A stretch of 64,000 bases of DNA from a virus. The notes beneath the pieces were generated by a model, which ran no database searches, had not been told where the DNA came from, and saw nothing but the letters and a program-made list of their open reading frames with translations. The translations under genes were made by a program, and so were the position numbers. The DNA is taken from the IMG/VR virus record IMGVR_UViG_3300045988_180880, positions 288,001 to 352,000 of that record; one strand, written 5' to 3'. The stretch's first letter is position 1. Every line of letters begins with the position of its first letter. Below are positions 1-8,849 of the stretch, piece by piece.

Positions 1-2
1 GA

Positions 3-536
3 TTAAATGAGATTCTTTTAAAAGATATTAAAATAATTGATTATATACGAGACCATATAAATGACTATGTATTTTATGGAGGTTATTATAGTATGCTTCA
101 AACTCAAAGAGATGAAAAAGGTCATCTTGTATTTAGAACAGAAGAACTTAATAATCCAAATGCAGTAGTTATAAAGAAGAAAAAGAACGAGGATGGAAAT
201 ATAGAAGATATATTTTTAGCAATCGGAGATGATGGAAATCTATATGAAATTCCTAGTACTGAGGTAATATATATAAGTAATCCTAAACTTCGACTTACAA
301 ATGATCTCGAAGAAGGATGGAAAGAAAAGTCTAAACCAGAAAAGCCAAAATTAGGAAGAAATAAGGGATCAGAAAATAGAAATAAAGTTCTTAGGAAAGA
401 ATCATTTATGGCTTCTGAACCGTTATTTTATTCAAGTATTTTGAAGATAAAAGAATTAGTTATAAAAGAGCTTTTGATATCTCTTATTTCGTTAAGAGAT
501 CTTTCATCGCCTCAATTATTGGGATTAAATACCGAT
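3..536 (+). CDS. Morphogenesis protein (portal-like?), first exon in window; gene starts upstream of window
   Basis: Frame is open from nt 3; ORF-track 93..539 is its 3' part. It ends at the predicted 5' splice site ACCGAT|TAAAA (CCGAU pairs with guide GUCGG at 545-549). The portal call rests only on position and a weak motif. Confidence 0.4.
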
Positions 537-720
537 TAAAATTTGTCGGATTAGATAAATAAAATCTAATGGAACTTTGTAAATTGCTGGAAGATCAAGT
601 AAAGATAAATCAGCAAAAGATAGTAAAAACTACCTTCTCAACGACTAGATACAAAGAGAGAGTTTATATATAAATTCTTAAAGATATAGTCTAGTTTAAC
701 TAAATAATTGTTAATATTCG
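537..720 (+). ncRNA. Group I self-splicing intron, family A, ORF-less (A1)
   Basis: Group I core: P1 CCGAU/GUCGG with U.G, P2 ATTAGA/TCTAAT, P3 CTTTGTA/TACAAAG, P4 TGCTG/CAGCA, R TCTCAACGACTA, S GATATAGTCT (683-692). Terminal G720, P10 TTT/AAA. Removal joins ..LNTD|KSVPLE.. in frame. Confidence 0.8.
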
Positions 721-1039
721 AAAAGTGTCCCTCTAGAGACAATGAACGAATTATGCGCTCGATTACAGAAACTTGCAAACAATACGAATGAGTTGTCTTC
801 ATTCATCACATCTCAGTTCGATGTCACCTCGTTCATTGAGTCTGCATTAACTCAAAATGTTAAGGTTTTTCCTGACTATAATAGTACCATTACCTCAAGG
901 ACTTCACTACTCCCACTTGATAAATTAACAGACAAACTTTTAGATCTTATACAGAATCTTGATTATGTAAGAAATAGTGTTCTTTCTCCTCTTGGATTAC
1001 CATCTACTATATTAGATGGAACATCTGGCAGTAAGTGGT
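721..1039 (+). CDS. Portal-like morphogenesis protein, exon 2
   Basis: Same frame as ORF-track 742..1074. It ends 1 nt into a codon at AAGTGGT| (GGU pairs with GCC guide). Contains the stretch SPLGLPSTILDGTSGSKW. Confidence 0.45.
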
Positions 1040-1228
1040 TAATAAATTGGCCGTCTAGAGAAGCAATTCTTTAGATAATTAGTAAGTAAATTTGGTGAAA
1101 CTATTAATACTAGTAATACCAAGCCTTAGATTAATCTAATTAAGGTATAACGAATAAAGACTTACCAACTTATAAAAAGTTGAATTTATATTCTAAACTA
1201 TAATAAAAAGATTATAGAGATATCATTG
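1040..1228 (+). ncRNA. Group I self-splicing intron, family B, ORF-less (B1)
   Basis: P3 GTAAGT/ACTTAC, P4 TTGGT/ACCAA, perfect P8 hairpin. The core and 3' tail (TTCTAAACTATAATA..ATTG|) closely match the terL intron. The splice makes codon T|CA and restores the frame (phase 1 on both sides). Confidence 0.7.
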
Positions 1229-1656
1229 CAGTACTTCAACAGTCAGAAAGAGCTAATTCAAGAGTAACATCATTAATTTCAGGAATAAAAGATTCAATAG
1301 TAAATCTTGTTTGTAGTATTTATAAGGTAATATATAATGAAGATTTAGATCCAAGTTTAGTTCAAATTCATATATTCCAGAAAACAACTGTAGAGTATAA
1401 CAATCAGATAAATGAAGCTGAATCAGTTAGTGGTTTAGTTCAAGGTATCTCTGGAGTTTTATCTAATGCACTCCAAACTTTAGAACAAGCAACTCCATTA
1501 ATTGAACCAGAATCATATTTAAGTTATATTCAAAACTTACTTAAAGATATTGACCCAAGTACAGAATCTCTAATAAATGAAGATACGATTAAGCAGTATA
1601 TAGAATTTCTTAATCAAAAACTTCAGGCACAACGAGAACAGCTTGGACTCAGTTAA
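1229..1656 (+). CDS. Portal-like morphogenesis protein, exon 3 (C-terminus)
   Basis: An open frame of 142 codons with no ATG, absent from the ORF track. It reads ..VLQQSERANSRV...QAQREQLGLS* and is only reachable by splicing. Confidence 0.5.
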
Positions 1657-1671
1657 AATTATTCAAAGAAG

Positions 1672-2037
1672 ATGATAATTAAACGTAAATTATTTGCTTC
1701 TAATGATCCCACTCCAGAACAGTCTCCAGAAATTGGTCTAGCTAAACAAGAAATGACTTCTAAGGACTTGCAAATAGAACAAATGAGACTTCAACGTCAA
1801 ATCCTAGAAACTCAGAGAATGCGACAGAGAATGCAAGCTGAGGAAAGAATGCAAGAAATGAAGCAAGTCAATCAAACTCAGAAACTAGAACAGAAAAAGG
1901 ATGAAGCTCAAAAAGATAATCAATTAAAAGTAAAGAAAATTGACGCTCAGAATAGTAGGCAGGAAGTAAATAATATAGGATTGTACAAAACAAAATCAAA
2001 GCCTACGCCAACAGTATCAATGAAAACAAACTTGTAA
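1672..2037 (+). CDS. Leader-tagged (MIIKRKLFA) Q/E/R/M-rich coiled-coil protein
   Basis: ORF track. N-terminal family leader, then charged heptad-like sequence. Confidence 0.6.
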   Translation: MIIKRKLFASNDPTPEQSPEIGLAKQEMTSKDLQIEQMRLQRQILETQRMRQRMQAEERMQEMKQVNQTQKLEQKKDEAQKDNQLKVKKIDAQNSRQEVNNIGLYKTKSKPTPTVSMKTNL

Positions 2038-2130
2038 GATTATGATTAAAGAAAAGACATTTACAGAAGGAGTGGAAGATTCTAAAGAACAAGAAGAGAA
2101 AGGATTTGATCCACTAAGACCGTATATAAA

Positions 2131-2364
2131 ATGAAAATTAAAAGATTTTCCGGTTATTCAGAAGCTGCCCCTGAAGGTGTAACTTATCAAAAATCAAGTC
2201 AGGTAATTACAAGATATATTCTTGATCCTCTTGATTCTAGTGTAGATACCTTAGAAGAAACAGATAAACTTGGGGTAACTAAACGAAAGAGTGATAGAAT
2301 TAAGAAGGTAATAAAACCTCTTAAAAAATATTTTAAATATAAATCAAATAAAAACAGTAATTAA
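2131..2364 (+). CDS. Leader-tagged (MKIKRFS) small basic protein
   Basis: ORF track; its ATG overlaps the upstream mini-ORF stop (ATGA). Confidence 0.55.
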   Translation: MKIKRFSGYSEAAPEGVTYQKSSQVITRYILDPLDSSVDTLEETDKLGVTKRKSDRIKKVIKPLKKYFKYKSNKNSN

Positions 2365-2366
2365 GT

Positions 2367-2951
2367 ATGTATATTAGACGTAAAGTATTCTCATTACTAC
2401 AAGATGAGACAGGAGAAGAGAGATACTTCTCTACTACTGATGTAACACTGGAAAATGAGGAAGAGAGAACCTTTAGTGTTGCAGAAGATGCAGAAAGTTT
2501 GGAAGAAAAGGATTTCTCTGATAAAAAAAAAGAGGAAGATGATGAGCCAAAACTTACAACTAGTGATAAGATTAATATTAAGTTGAATAAAGCTCTGATT
2601 ACTAAGAAGGATCGCGAAGCATTTGTTGAAGCTTATGAAGATGGAAAATCTCATAAATACGGAAAACAGGCAGCTAAGTATGCAGCAATTGGTAATGGTA
2701 TAGGTGGCGGTATATTAGGTGCTGCAGTTGGTGGTAAAAAGGGTGCAGCTATTGGAGCCGGAATTGGCGCTGTTTCAGGTGCAGCAGGATCTTATGCTGG
2801 TACTAGAGCAGGTGTTGCACTTAATAAGCTTGCTAGAAAACATAGTGGTAGTCTTGATACTAAAACAAAATTAGCAGTAGATCGAGTAAAAGTAGCAGAT
2901 GGAAAAATGACAAAAGAAGAATTTGCTAAAAAATGGAGATCTAAGAAGTAA
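2367..2951 (+). CDS. Leader-tagged (MYIRRKVFS) protein with glycine-zipper segment
   Basis: Leader plus internal xFS sites (RYFS, RTFS, KDFS). Gly/Ala-rich stretch IGNGIGGGILGAAVGGKKGAAIGAGIGAVSGAAG. Confidence 0.6.
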   Translation: MYIRRKVFSLLQDETGEERYFSTTDVTLENEEERTFSVAEDAESLEEKDFSDKKKEEDDEPKLTTSDKINIKLNKALITKKDREAFVEAYEDGKSHKYGKQAAKYAAIGNGIGGGILGAAVGGKKGAAIGAGIGAVSGAAGSYAGTRAGVALNKLARKHSGSLDTKTKLAVDRVKVADGKMTKEEFAKKWRSKK

Positions 2952-2960
2952 AAGAAATAA

Positions 2961-2995
2961 TCTATAGAGGTAGTGTAATCAATCTCCTCTATAGA
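2961..2995 (+). terminator. Stem-loop after CDS 2367..2951
   Basis: 10-bp perfect stem TCTATAGAGG/CCTCTATAGA with a 15-nt loop; no clear T-run follows. Confidence 0.35.
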
Positions 2996-3096
2996 ACAAA
3001 CGCGCTAGATTTTTACAACCGAAGATTAATCGCACTAGGTGCAAAAAGTAAACGGTTGATAGTTGTAAAGCGCGAGAACTATAAAATAATAAATGT

Positions 3097-3614
3097 ATGA
3101 TAGGAACAGTTAACCCATTTAGTGACCCTGAATTTAAGAAACAAATTTTAGGGAAAGAAGGGAGAGCTGTTGATGACCCGGGAGATTATGAGATTTTGCA
3201 GCCGGAAGAGGATGTATCTAAAAACCTAAAAAATATTATAGGGTCAGCTCCAGTACTCCCTAAAACGGCTCGCAATATTATTATGGATGCTAGTGCTATT
3301 GCGAGTAATCAAAAAGAACAAAAAGCACTAGAATTAACTCATAAATTGAATGAAGTCTTTACTAGTTATAATAAAGAATATAATATAGATCTTCATGTTG
3401 ATTTCGGAAGCCTCTCAAATACTTTAGTTAATGTGGCAGATCCGAAGTCTAGACATATCTTAGAATTATATGTTTCTGAGGTATTTCAAAGTATAAGACC
3501 TATTTTAATTCTCAATATGATTTCTAAACTTTGTCTTTGTATTGATTATATACTCGATCCAATGAGACTCTTTGATAGTTCACAAATGACTTTACAAGAT
3601 TCATTTATTGCCGT
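3097..3614 (+). CDS. Hypothetical protein, exon 1
   Basis: ORF-track 3097..3633. Predicted 5' splice site TTGCCGT| (CCGU pairs with GCGG at 3625-3628), phase 2. Confidence 0.55.
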
Positions 3615-3805
3615 TAATATATCTGCGGCTTAGTTGAAATACTAAGAAAATTATACTAAAATGCTGAAAGATAGTTAAAACATAAATCAGCAAAAAGGAT
3701 TACTAATATAAATCCTTTCTCAACGACTAAATGTATAACTAAATTTGAAATATAATTTAGATGATATAGTCTAATTTAATAAAATAAATATTAAAAATAG
3801 ATATG
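3615..3805 (+). ncRNA. Group I intron, family A (A2)
   Basis: P2 CTTAGT/ACTAAG, P GCTGAAAG, Q AATCAGCA, P6 AGGATT/AATCCT, R TCTCAACGACTA, P8 CTAAATT/AATTTAG, S GATATAGTCT (3763-3772). Terminal G3805, P10 TCT/AGA. The splice removes an in-frame TGA. Confidence 0.8.
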
Positions 3806-3992
3806 AGAAAAAATTATGCAATTTATTCAACAATTAGAAGATATGAAGAGTCAGATAATTGTTAAAGGTTCTGATCTTGAATTGAAAAAAATTGCAGAAG
3901 AATCTGGAAATGAAGAGTTGAATAGTGAAGAGTCTAAGCAAATAGTAGCAGACTTTATGAGATTATTTCAAAAAGAACATGGAATAGAATAA
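3806..3992 (+). CDS. Hypothetical protein, exon 2
   Basis: GT|A junction codon, then EKIMQFIQQLEDMK...QKEHGIE*. Frame is consistent with the phase-2 donor. Confidence 0.55.
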
Positions 3993-4124
3993 AAAATGAG
4001 ATACACTATTCTCACGAACTATGTATCTCTACTTTAAATTATGATAATACCTACTACGACATAGGTAATTAGTACTATTTCTATATAAAAAGTGTAGTAA
4101 AGAAATAGCACTCGTTTATTCTAC

Positions 4125-4144
4125 TACACATATATAAGGCTTTT
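4125..4144 (-). promoter_or_regulatory. Copy of the conserved motif TACACATATATAAGGCTTTT
   Basis: One of 7 copies. This is the only copy without a minus-strand ATG 17-24 nt away. It lies 49 nt upstream of the tRNA cluster. Confidence 0.4.
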
Positions 4145-4192
4145 AAGTTTTATGATATTTTCTGATTTATATTTCATAATTAAATCAGAATT

Positions 4193-4266
4193 GCCTCTTT
4201 AGCTCAGTTGGCCAGAGCACGTGATTTGTAATCTCGGGGTCGTTGGTTCGAATCCGACAAGAGGCT
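4193..4266 (+). tRNA. tRNA-Thr: tRNA-Thr (anticodon TGT)
   Basis: Hand-folded cloverleaf: acceptor GCCTCTT/AAGAGGC, D arm GCTC/GAGC, anticodon loop TTTGTAA, T arm GTTGG-TTCGAAT-CCGAC. Confidence 0.85.
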
Positions 4267-4277
4267 CAAAAATAATA

Positions 4278-4350
4278 TTCTCCGTTAGCTCAGAGGCAGA
4301 GCATTTGACTGTTAATCAAAGGGTCGGTATATCGTAATTACCACGGAGAG
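4278..4350 (+). tRNA. tRNA-Asn: tRNA-Asn (anticodon GTT), atypical T arm
   Basis: Acceptor TCTCCGT/ACGGAGA is perfect; D arm GCTC/GAGC; anticodon stem TTTGA/TCAAA with loop CTGTTAA. The T arm (GGTA-TATCGTAAT-TACC) lacks the canonical TTCGAAT. Confidence 0.55.
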
Positions 4351-4358
4351 CTGTTTTA

Positions 4359-4443
4359 GGAGAGGTGGCAGAGTGGTCGATTGCGGCGGTCTTGAAAACC
4401 GTTGTACTGCGAGGTACCCGGGGTTCGAATCCCTGTCTCTCCG
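4359..4443 (+). tRNA. tRNA-Ser: tRNA-Ser (anticodon TGA), class II
   Basis: Acceptor GGAGAGG/TCTCTCC, anticodon loop CTTGAAA, long variable arm, T arm CGGGG-TTCGAAT-CCCTG. Confidence 0.85.
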
Positions 4444-4488
4444 CAATAATTTTAAAGATAAGAAAAATTATAAAAAAAACAATTAATT

Positions 4489-5273
4489 ATGGGAAAAGAG
4501 AAATATAACAAAGAAGAATTAATAAGATTATTAATTCATGAAGGAAAATCTTATAAAGAAGTTGCAGCTATGCGGGGTGATGGAAGCACTGGAGAAGCTA
4601 TACGTAAAGCAGCAAATAGATACGGGATAAAAGTATCAGATAGAAAGAAACTAAGAAAATGTGAATATTGTGGTAAAGAGCATGATGGTTCTTTTGGTTC
4701 TGGAAGATTTTGTTGTTCAGATTGTGCAAAGAAATATTCACTTAGTTTCAGCAAAGGTAAAAAACCAGAAGATAAATCTACTAAAGAAGAAAAAGTAGAA
4801 GAGTCTGTAAAGATAGCTCCTCCTAAGGAATGTACCACTGAATTGTCTAGATTTGATGGAAAATTAACTTCAGATTTATTAGGATATGTAGGTGAATGTG
4901 CGACAATGTTTCAATTAGCAAGAGTTGGAATTATGTCATCTAAACCTTGTGGAGTAGATAGATATGATGTAATTGCAGATATAGGAGGAATACTTTATAA
5001 AATTCAGGTTAAATCTACTGCTGGCTATATTGATAAAGATGGAGCATTATCGTACAATCTTCAAAATAAATCTGGATTATATAAAAAGGTGAAGTAGATT
5101 TCTTTGCCTTGTATAATTATGTACTTGATATTATACTATTAGTTCCCTTTAGTATACTTGAAGGTAAATATAAGGTGCGTATTCATTTTGGAAAAGAAAA
5201 AGATGAATCAGATTTATTCTTTTGGAAAGATTATATTTTATTTGATGTAGCGAAATCTTTATTATCCAGTTAA
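4489..5273 (+). CDS. PD-(D/E)xK (I-Ssp6803I-like) homing-endonuclease-like protein; needs a -1 shift at T_AAA_AAG (5082-5088)
   Basis: ORF-track 4489..5097 has a Cys-rich Zn motif (CEYCGK..CCSDC) and [18 protein letters not shown]. The -1 frame continues from 5088 for 61 more codons ([11 protein letters not shown]..), ending at 5271-5273. Sits among tRNA genes. Confidence 0.5.
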
Positions 5274-5286
5274 TTAATAATAAGTT

Positions 5287-5368
5287 TGTGTGATACTCAA
5301 GTGGTTAACGAGGATAGACTGTAAATCTATTAGCTTTGCTTTCGGGAGTTCGAATCTCTCTCACACAA
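5287..5368 (+). tRNA. tRNA-Tyr: tRNA-Tyr (anticodon GTA), class II
   Basis: Acceptor TGTGTGA/TCACACA, anticodon stem ATAGA/TCTAT with loop CTGTAAA, long variable arm, T arm GGGAG-TTCGAAT-CTCTC. Confidence 0.8.
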
Positions 5369-5388
5369 CATAAAATAAAATTATAAAT

Positions 5389-6372
5389 ATGAAAGTAAAA
5401 AGATTTAGTAAATTAGATACTCTACAAGATTCTATAAAAATTGTAAGTAAGAAAACAGGAGAATCTCTCACAATAAATAGATTTAAATCTTTTGTAGATA
5501 TTCTTGGAAAATTTATTAAGAGACTTAGAGAATGGAGTAATAAGAGACCGTCATTTGATATTTACTTAGGTTCTGAGAAAGTAGCAGAATTAAATCTTAT
5601 AGAAAAGTCCAAAGAAGAATTAAATATAATGTGGATTGAAACTTATGAAGATTATAGAGGTAAAGGATATTCTCAGGCTATTCTAACAGAGTTGATTAGA
5701 TTTGCTAAGTCTCAAGGTTATAAATATGTTACTCTTGAAGTGCCTGGTAGATCTCCTGATGCTAGACATATTTATGAGAAGCTTGGATTTAAGGATGATG
5801 GAGTCTTGACAACCCCAGAAGAAGATTTTTATTGGGGAGGTCTTACTAGAATGAAACTTAAATTGTTTGCAAATATTACTAATGTAACAAGTTTAACTCC
5901 ATTGAAAAATATAATAACAACTACTACTAGAAAAGCTACCGGACTATCTAATTCTAAAATAGCAACACAAGCAAAGAATGCAGCATTAGATTTACACTCT
6001 GTAACTAAAGATGCTCAAAATTCTTTTATATCTCCTAATGGTAATGGATATGTAACTAAAAGTTATTTTACTAAAAGACGTCCTAAAGGAAAGAAAGTTG
6101 AGTTTGTAGGAGATTTATTTGGGAATCCTAATCAATTACAGAAACCGAAAGTTATTAATAGCAGCAGTAGTAATAAAGGAGGAAATTCTTCAATTAGTAG
6201 TTTAGATGCTAAAAGAATGAATTTAAAACGGTATAATTCTCATAAAACAAGATCTTTGGAAGTAACACCTACTGCACCTGGACAAAATGAGTGGGTTAAA
6301 CGTGTAAAAACTAATGGACAAGCTAGGTGGGAAAATAATGGGTTATATATTCCTGGTTTTGAGAAATTATAA
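5389..6372 (+). CDS. Leader-tagged (MKVKRFS) GNAT-family acetyltransferase with basic C-terminal extension
   Basis: GNAT acetyl-CoA motif A-like sequence YEDYRGKGYSQAILTELIRFAKSQGYKYVTLEV..ARHIYEKLGF. Confidence 0.6.
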   Translation: MKVKRFSKLDTLQDSIKIVSKKTGESLTINRFKSFVDILGKFIKRLREWSNKRPSFDIYLGSEKVAELNLIEKSKEELNIMWIETYEDYRGKGYSQAILTELIRFAKSQGYKYVTLEVPGRSPDARHIYEKLGFKDDGVLTTPEEDFYWGGLTRMKLKLFANITNVTSLTPLKNIITTTTRKATGLSNSKIATQAKNAALDLHSVTKDAQNSFISPNGNGYVTKSYFTKRRPKGKKVEFVGDLFGNPNQLQKPKVINSSSSNKGGNSSISSLDAKRMNLKRYNSHKTRSLEVTPTAPGQNEWVKRVKTNGQARWENNGLYIPGFEKL

Positions 6373-6392
6373 AAAGAGAAAGGATCAAAATT

Positions 6393-6956
6393 ATGATTAA
6401 TTTCACAGACCATTTTGATCCCACTAAAAATATAGAAAAAGATTTAGCAAAAGTAGATCTTAGGGATCAATACACATCATTAACAGAAGATGAAAAGATA
6501 ATGGTATTTCTTCGTCTCAAAGGATTTACACACAGACCTCCAACGATAGAAAGATTATATTCTGATGATTATTATTTAGGTAGTCAGGAATTTTTTGATC
6601 ATGGAGATGTAATATTTCCTTTTTGGAAAGATGGATTGAAGAGAATTTTTCCAAATGAAGTTACAACAGCAAAACCATTACTCTGTTTGTCAGGAGCTAT
6701 TGGTATAGGTAAGTCTACGGTATCTAAATTAGCTATGACAAATACACTAGCTAGGTTAAGTTGTATGGCTAATCCGTGGAGAACATTTAAATTAGGTAAA
6801 AAACCACTTAGTTTTATCATCTTTCATAGAGATGAAGATGTAGCAAATGCTGAATTTCGAAGATGGATGCTAGATGATGTATTAAAGCAGAGTCCATTTT
6901 TTAGAAATTTACCACACAGACATAATATAAGAATATTAACTTCTGGTCCTAGGGGT
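6393..6956 (+). CDS. terL: Terminase large subunit, exon 1 (ATPase N-part)
   Basis: Walker A LSGAIGIGKST. It ends in phase 0 at AGGGGT| (GGGU pairs with guide GCCC at 6975-6978). Confidence 0.8.
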
Positions 6957-7167
6957 AATGTAGTATAAAAAGTTGCCCTCCATATTAAGAAATTATATGG
7001 TAATAAAGTAAGTAAATTCGGTGAAAGGATAATCCCAATACCGAGTCAAGGATCTTAGATAAATCTAAGTAATCTTTGATGTAACGAATAAAGACTTACT
7101 AACTTATATAATTATATAAGTTAAATTTATATTCTAAACTATAATAGAGTATTATAGAAATAGATTG
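6957..7167 (+). ncRNA. Group I intron, family B (B2)
   Basis: P3 GTAAGT/ACTTAC, P AAATTCGGTGAAA, Q AATACCGAG, P8 AACTTATATA/TATATAAGTT. 3' tail TTCTAAACTATAATAG..GATTG|, as in B1. Joins ..SGPRG|AGGLGTDLIF. Confidence 0.7.
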
Positions 7168-8490
7168 GCAGGTGGACTAGGAACTGACTTGATTTTTGCA
7201 ATCATGTCTGAGGTCAATTTTTGGCCTAACGAAGAAAAAGCCATGGAACGTGTAAATAGTACGTATATTCGTATTACATCTCGTTTTGATGTAAAAGAAA
7301 GTTTAACATTAGCCGGAAATCTAATAATTGATAGTTCTAGTAGAGGTGCAGGTGGTCCAACTGAAATATTTCTTGAGAATGCAGAACCTCAATTTACTTG
7401 GGATTGTAGACCTTCTCATTATGAAGTTAGAAAAAATCTGTACGAACGTTCAAGGGGAATAACTTTCTCAGTTTATACTGGAGATGGTAAATATCCTCCA
7501 AGAATATTAAATAAAAATGATAAAGAAGAGAACTATAAATTAGAAGATGATCAAGACCCTGATAGAGTGGAACATGTACCTATTCAATTATTTGGAGAAT
7601 TTAAATCTGATTTGATTAAAGCTCTTCAAGATAAATCTGGTATTAATACAGGATCATCAGATAGTTTTTTTGGAGGTACTATAGAACACTTATCTAAATG
7701 TTCAACAATAAAGAATAGAATTCCTGAAATTATTACAGTTGATTTTTATGATAAAGAAGATAGGATTATTAATCATGTAGAAAAAATGATTAATCTTATT
7801 CCAAAAGGTACTCCTATATGGCTAGGTCTTGACTTAGGTGTAGTAGATGATACAACTGGAATAGCAGCAGTTAGTTTTGATCATTGGGAAAATATAAATG
7901 GTACTTTAGTTCCTAAGGTTAAATGTCATTTTGTTTTAGGTGTATCTAGGTTAGAAGGACAAGAGACGAGTTTATTTCACATAGAGCAGTTTATAGAAGA
8001 TCTTAACAAGAAATTTAATATTATAGTTAGTGCTGACCAAGCTTTTTCTAAACAAATACTTCAATATTGTGAAAGAGAAGGAATTAGAAATAATGGGAGA
8101 ATTTCTACAGATAATACTCCTTGTGAACCGGCTCTTTATTTGAAGTATATAATAAACAATGAACTTCTTGAAATTCCTGAATATAAAAGATTACAAAGAG
8201 AGGCATATGATTTAAGATATGTTGGTCCAAAACGTAAAGTAGATCATCCTAAAAAAGCATCAATATCTCCATTATTTGATAATCCTGATGGTTCTAAGCC
8301 AGGAAGCAAGGATTTATGGGATGCTTTAGCTTCTAGTGTTTATTCTTTAAAATTATCTATTGATGAAGGAGAAGAGATGGGATATTCTTCAGGAATAGCT
8401 AAACAACTCGAATCTCTTACTAAAATAACAGCGGATCCAAGAGAAGAGTCACAAAAAGAACTTCAAAACATGTTGGAAAATATATTTTAA
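7168..8490 (+). CDS. terL: Terminase large subunit, exon 2 (Walker B region and nuclease domain)
   Basis: GTDLIFAIMSEV (Walker B-like). RNase-H-like nuclease motifs GLDLGVVDDTTGIAAV, SADQAF, KVDHP..SKDLWDA. The track's TTG 'start' at 7165 is intronic. Confidence 0.8.
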   Translation, partial: AGGLGTDLIFAIMSEVNFWPNEEKAMERVNSTYIRITSRFDVKESLTLAGNLIIDSSSRGAGGPTEIFLENAEPQFTWDCRPSHYEVRKNLYERSRGITFSVYTGDGKYPPRILNKNDKEENYKLEDDQDPDRVEHVPIQLFGEFKSDLIKALQDKSGINTGSSDSFFGGTIEHLSKCSTIKNRIPEIITVDFYDKEDRIINHVEKMINLIPKGTPIWLGLDLGVVDDTTGIAAVSFDHWENINGTLVPKVKCHFVLGVSRLEGQETSLFHIEQFIEDLNKKFNIIVSADQAFSKQILQYCEREGIRNNGRISTDNTPCEPALYLKYIINNELLEIPEYKRLQREAYDLRYVGPKRKVDHPKKASISPLFDNPDGSKPGSKDLWDALASSVYSLKLSIDEGEEMGYSSGIAKQLESLTKITADPREESQKELQNMLENIF

Positions 8491-8595
8491 GATTCTTTTT
8501 CCATAATATATAATCAATTCCTAGGATGGCCAGAGGAAAGTGGTCTATTGTTCGATCAAGTCCTAGGAACAGAAAAAAAAGAAAAGAGATATATT

Positions 8596-8805
8596 TCAAT
8601 CTCTTTCTTCCATACGTTTTACAAATTCCCATTCTTCTGGAGTAACATAATCCAGAACGCTTTTTGGAATTTCTACTTCTCTATCGTTTAACATTAATTT
8701 AACTTTAACAAATAATTTATTAGGAGTAATATCTACATCAGTTACTACTCCATAAAATCCTGTTTTACGAGATTTAACTTTATCTCCTACTTTTAAATTT
8801 TTCAT
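8596..8805 (-). CDS. Small KOW/SH3-like protein
   Basis: ORF track; VGDKVKSRKTGFYGVVTDV is KOW-like. The conserved motif lies 18 nt upstream of its ATG. Confidence 0.55.
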   Translation of the reverse strand: MKNLKVGDKVKSRKTGFYGVVTDVDITPNKLFVKVKLMLNDREVEIPKSVLDYVTPEEWEFVKRMEERD

Positions 8806-8823
8806 AATTTTCTATATTTATTA

Positions 8824-8842
8824 TTACACATATAAGGTTTTT
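8824..8842 (-). promoter_or_regulatory. Conserved motif TTACACATATAAGGTTTTT (minus-gene upstream element)
   Basis: One of 7 copies; lies 18 nt from the minus-strand ATG at 8805. Confidence 0.5.
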
Positions 8843-8849
8843 AGAGCTT

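Noticed and set aside
7165-7167. TTG start codons proposed by the ORF track at 7165, 12130 and 12928 as independent gene starts.
   Set aside because: They lie at the 3' ends of introns (..ATTG|). The downstream sequence continues the upstream exon in phase and completes known domains (terL Walker B, the protease Ser region).
6393-8490. Inteins as an alternative explanation for the split genes.
   Set aside because: The interruptions contain stop codons in all frames and RNA core motifs. No Hint/LAGLIDADG-type protein blocks were seen.
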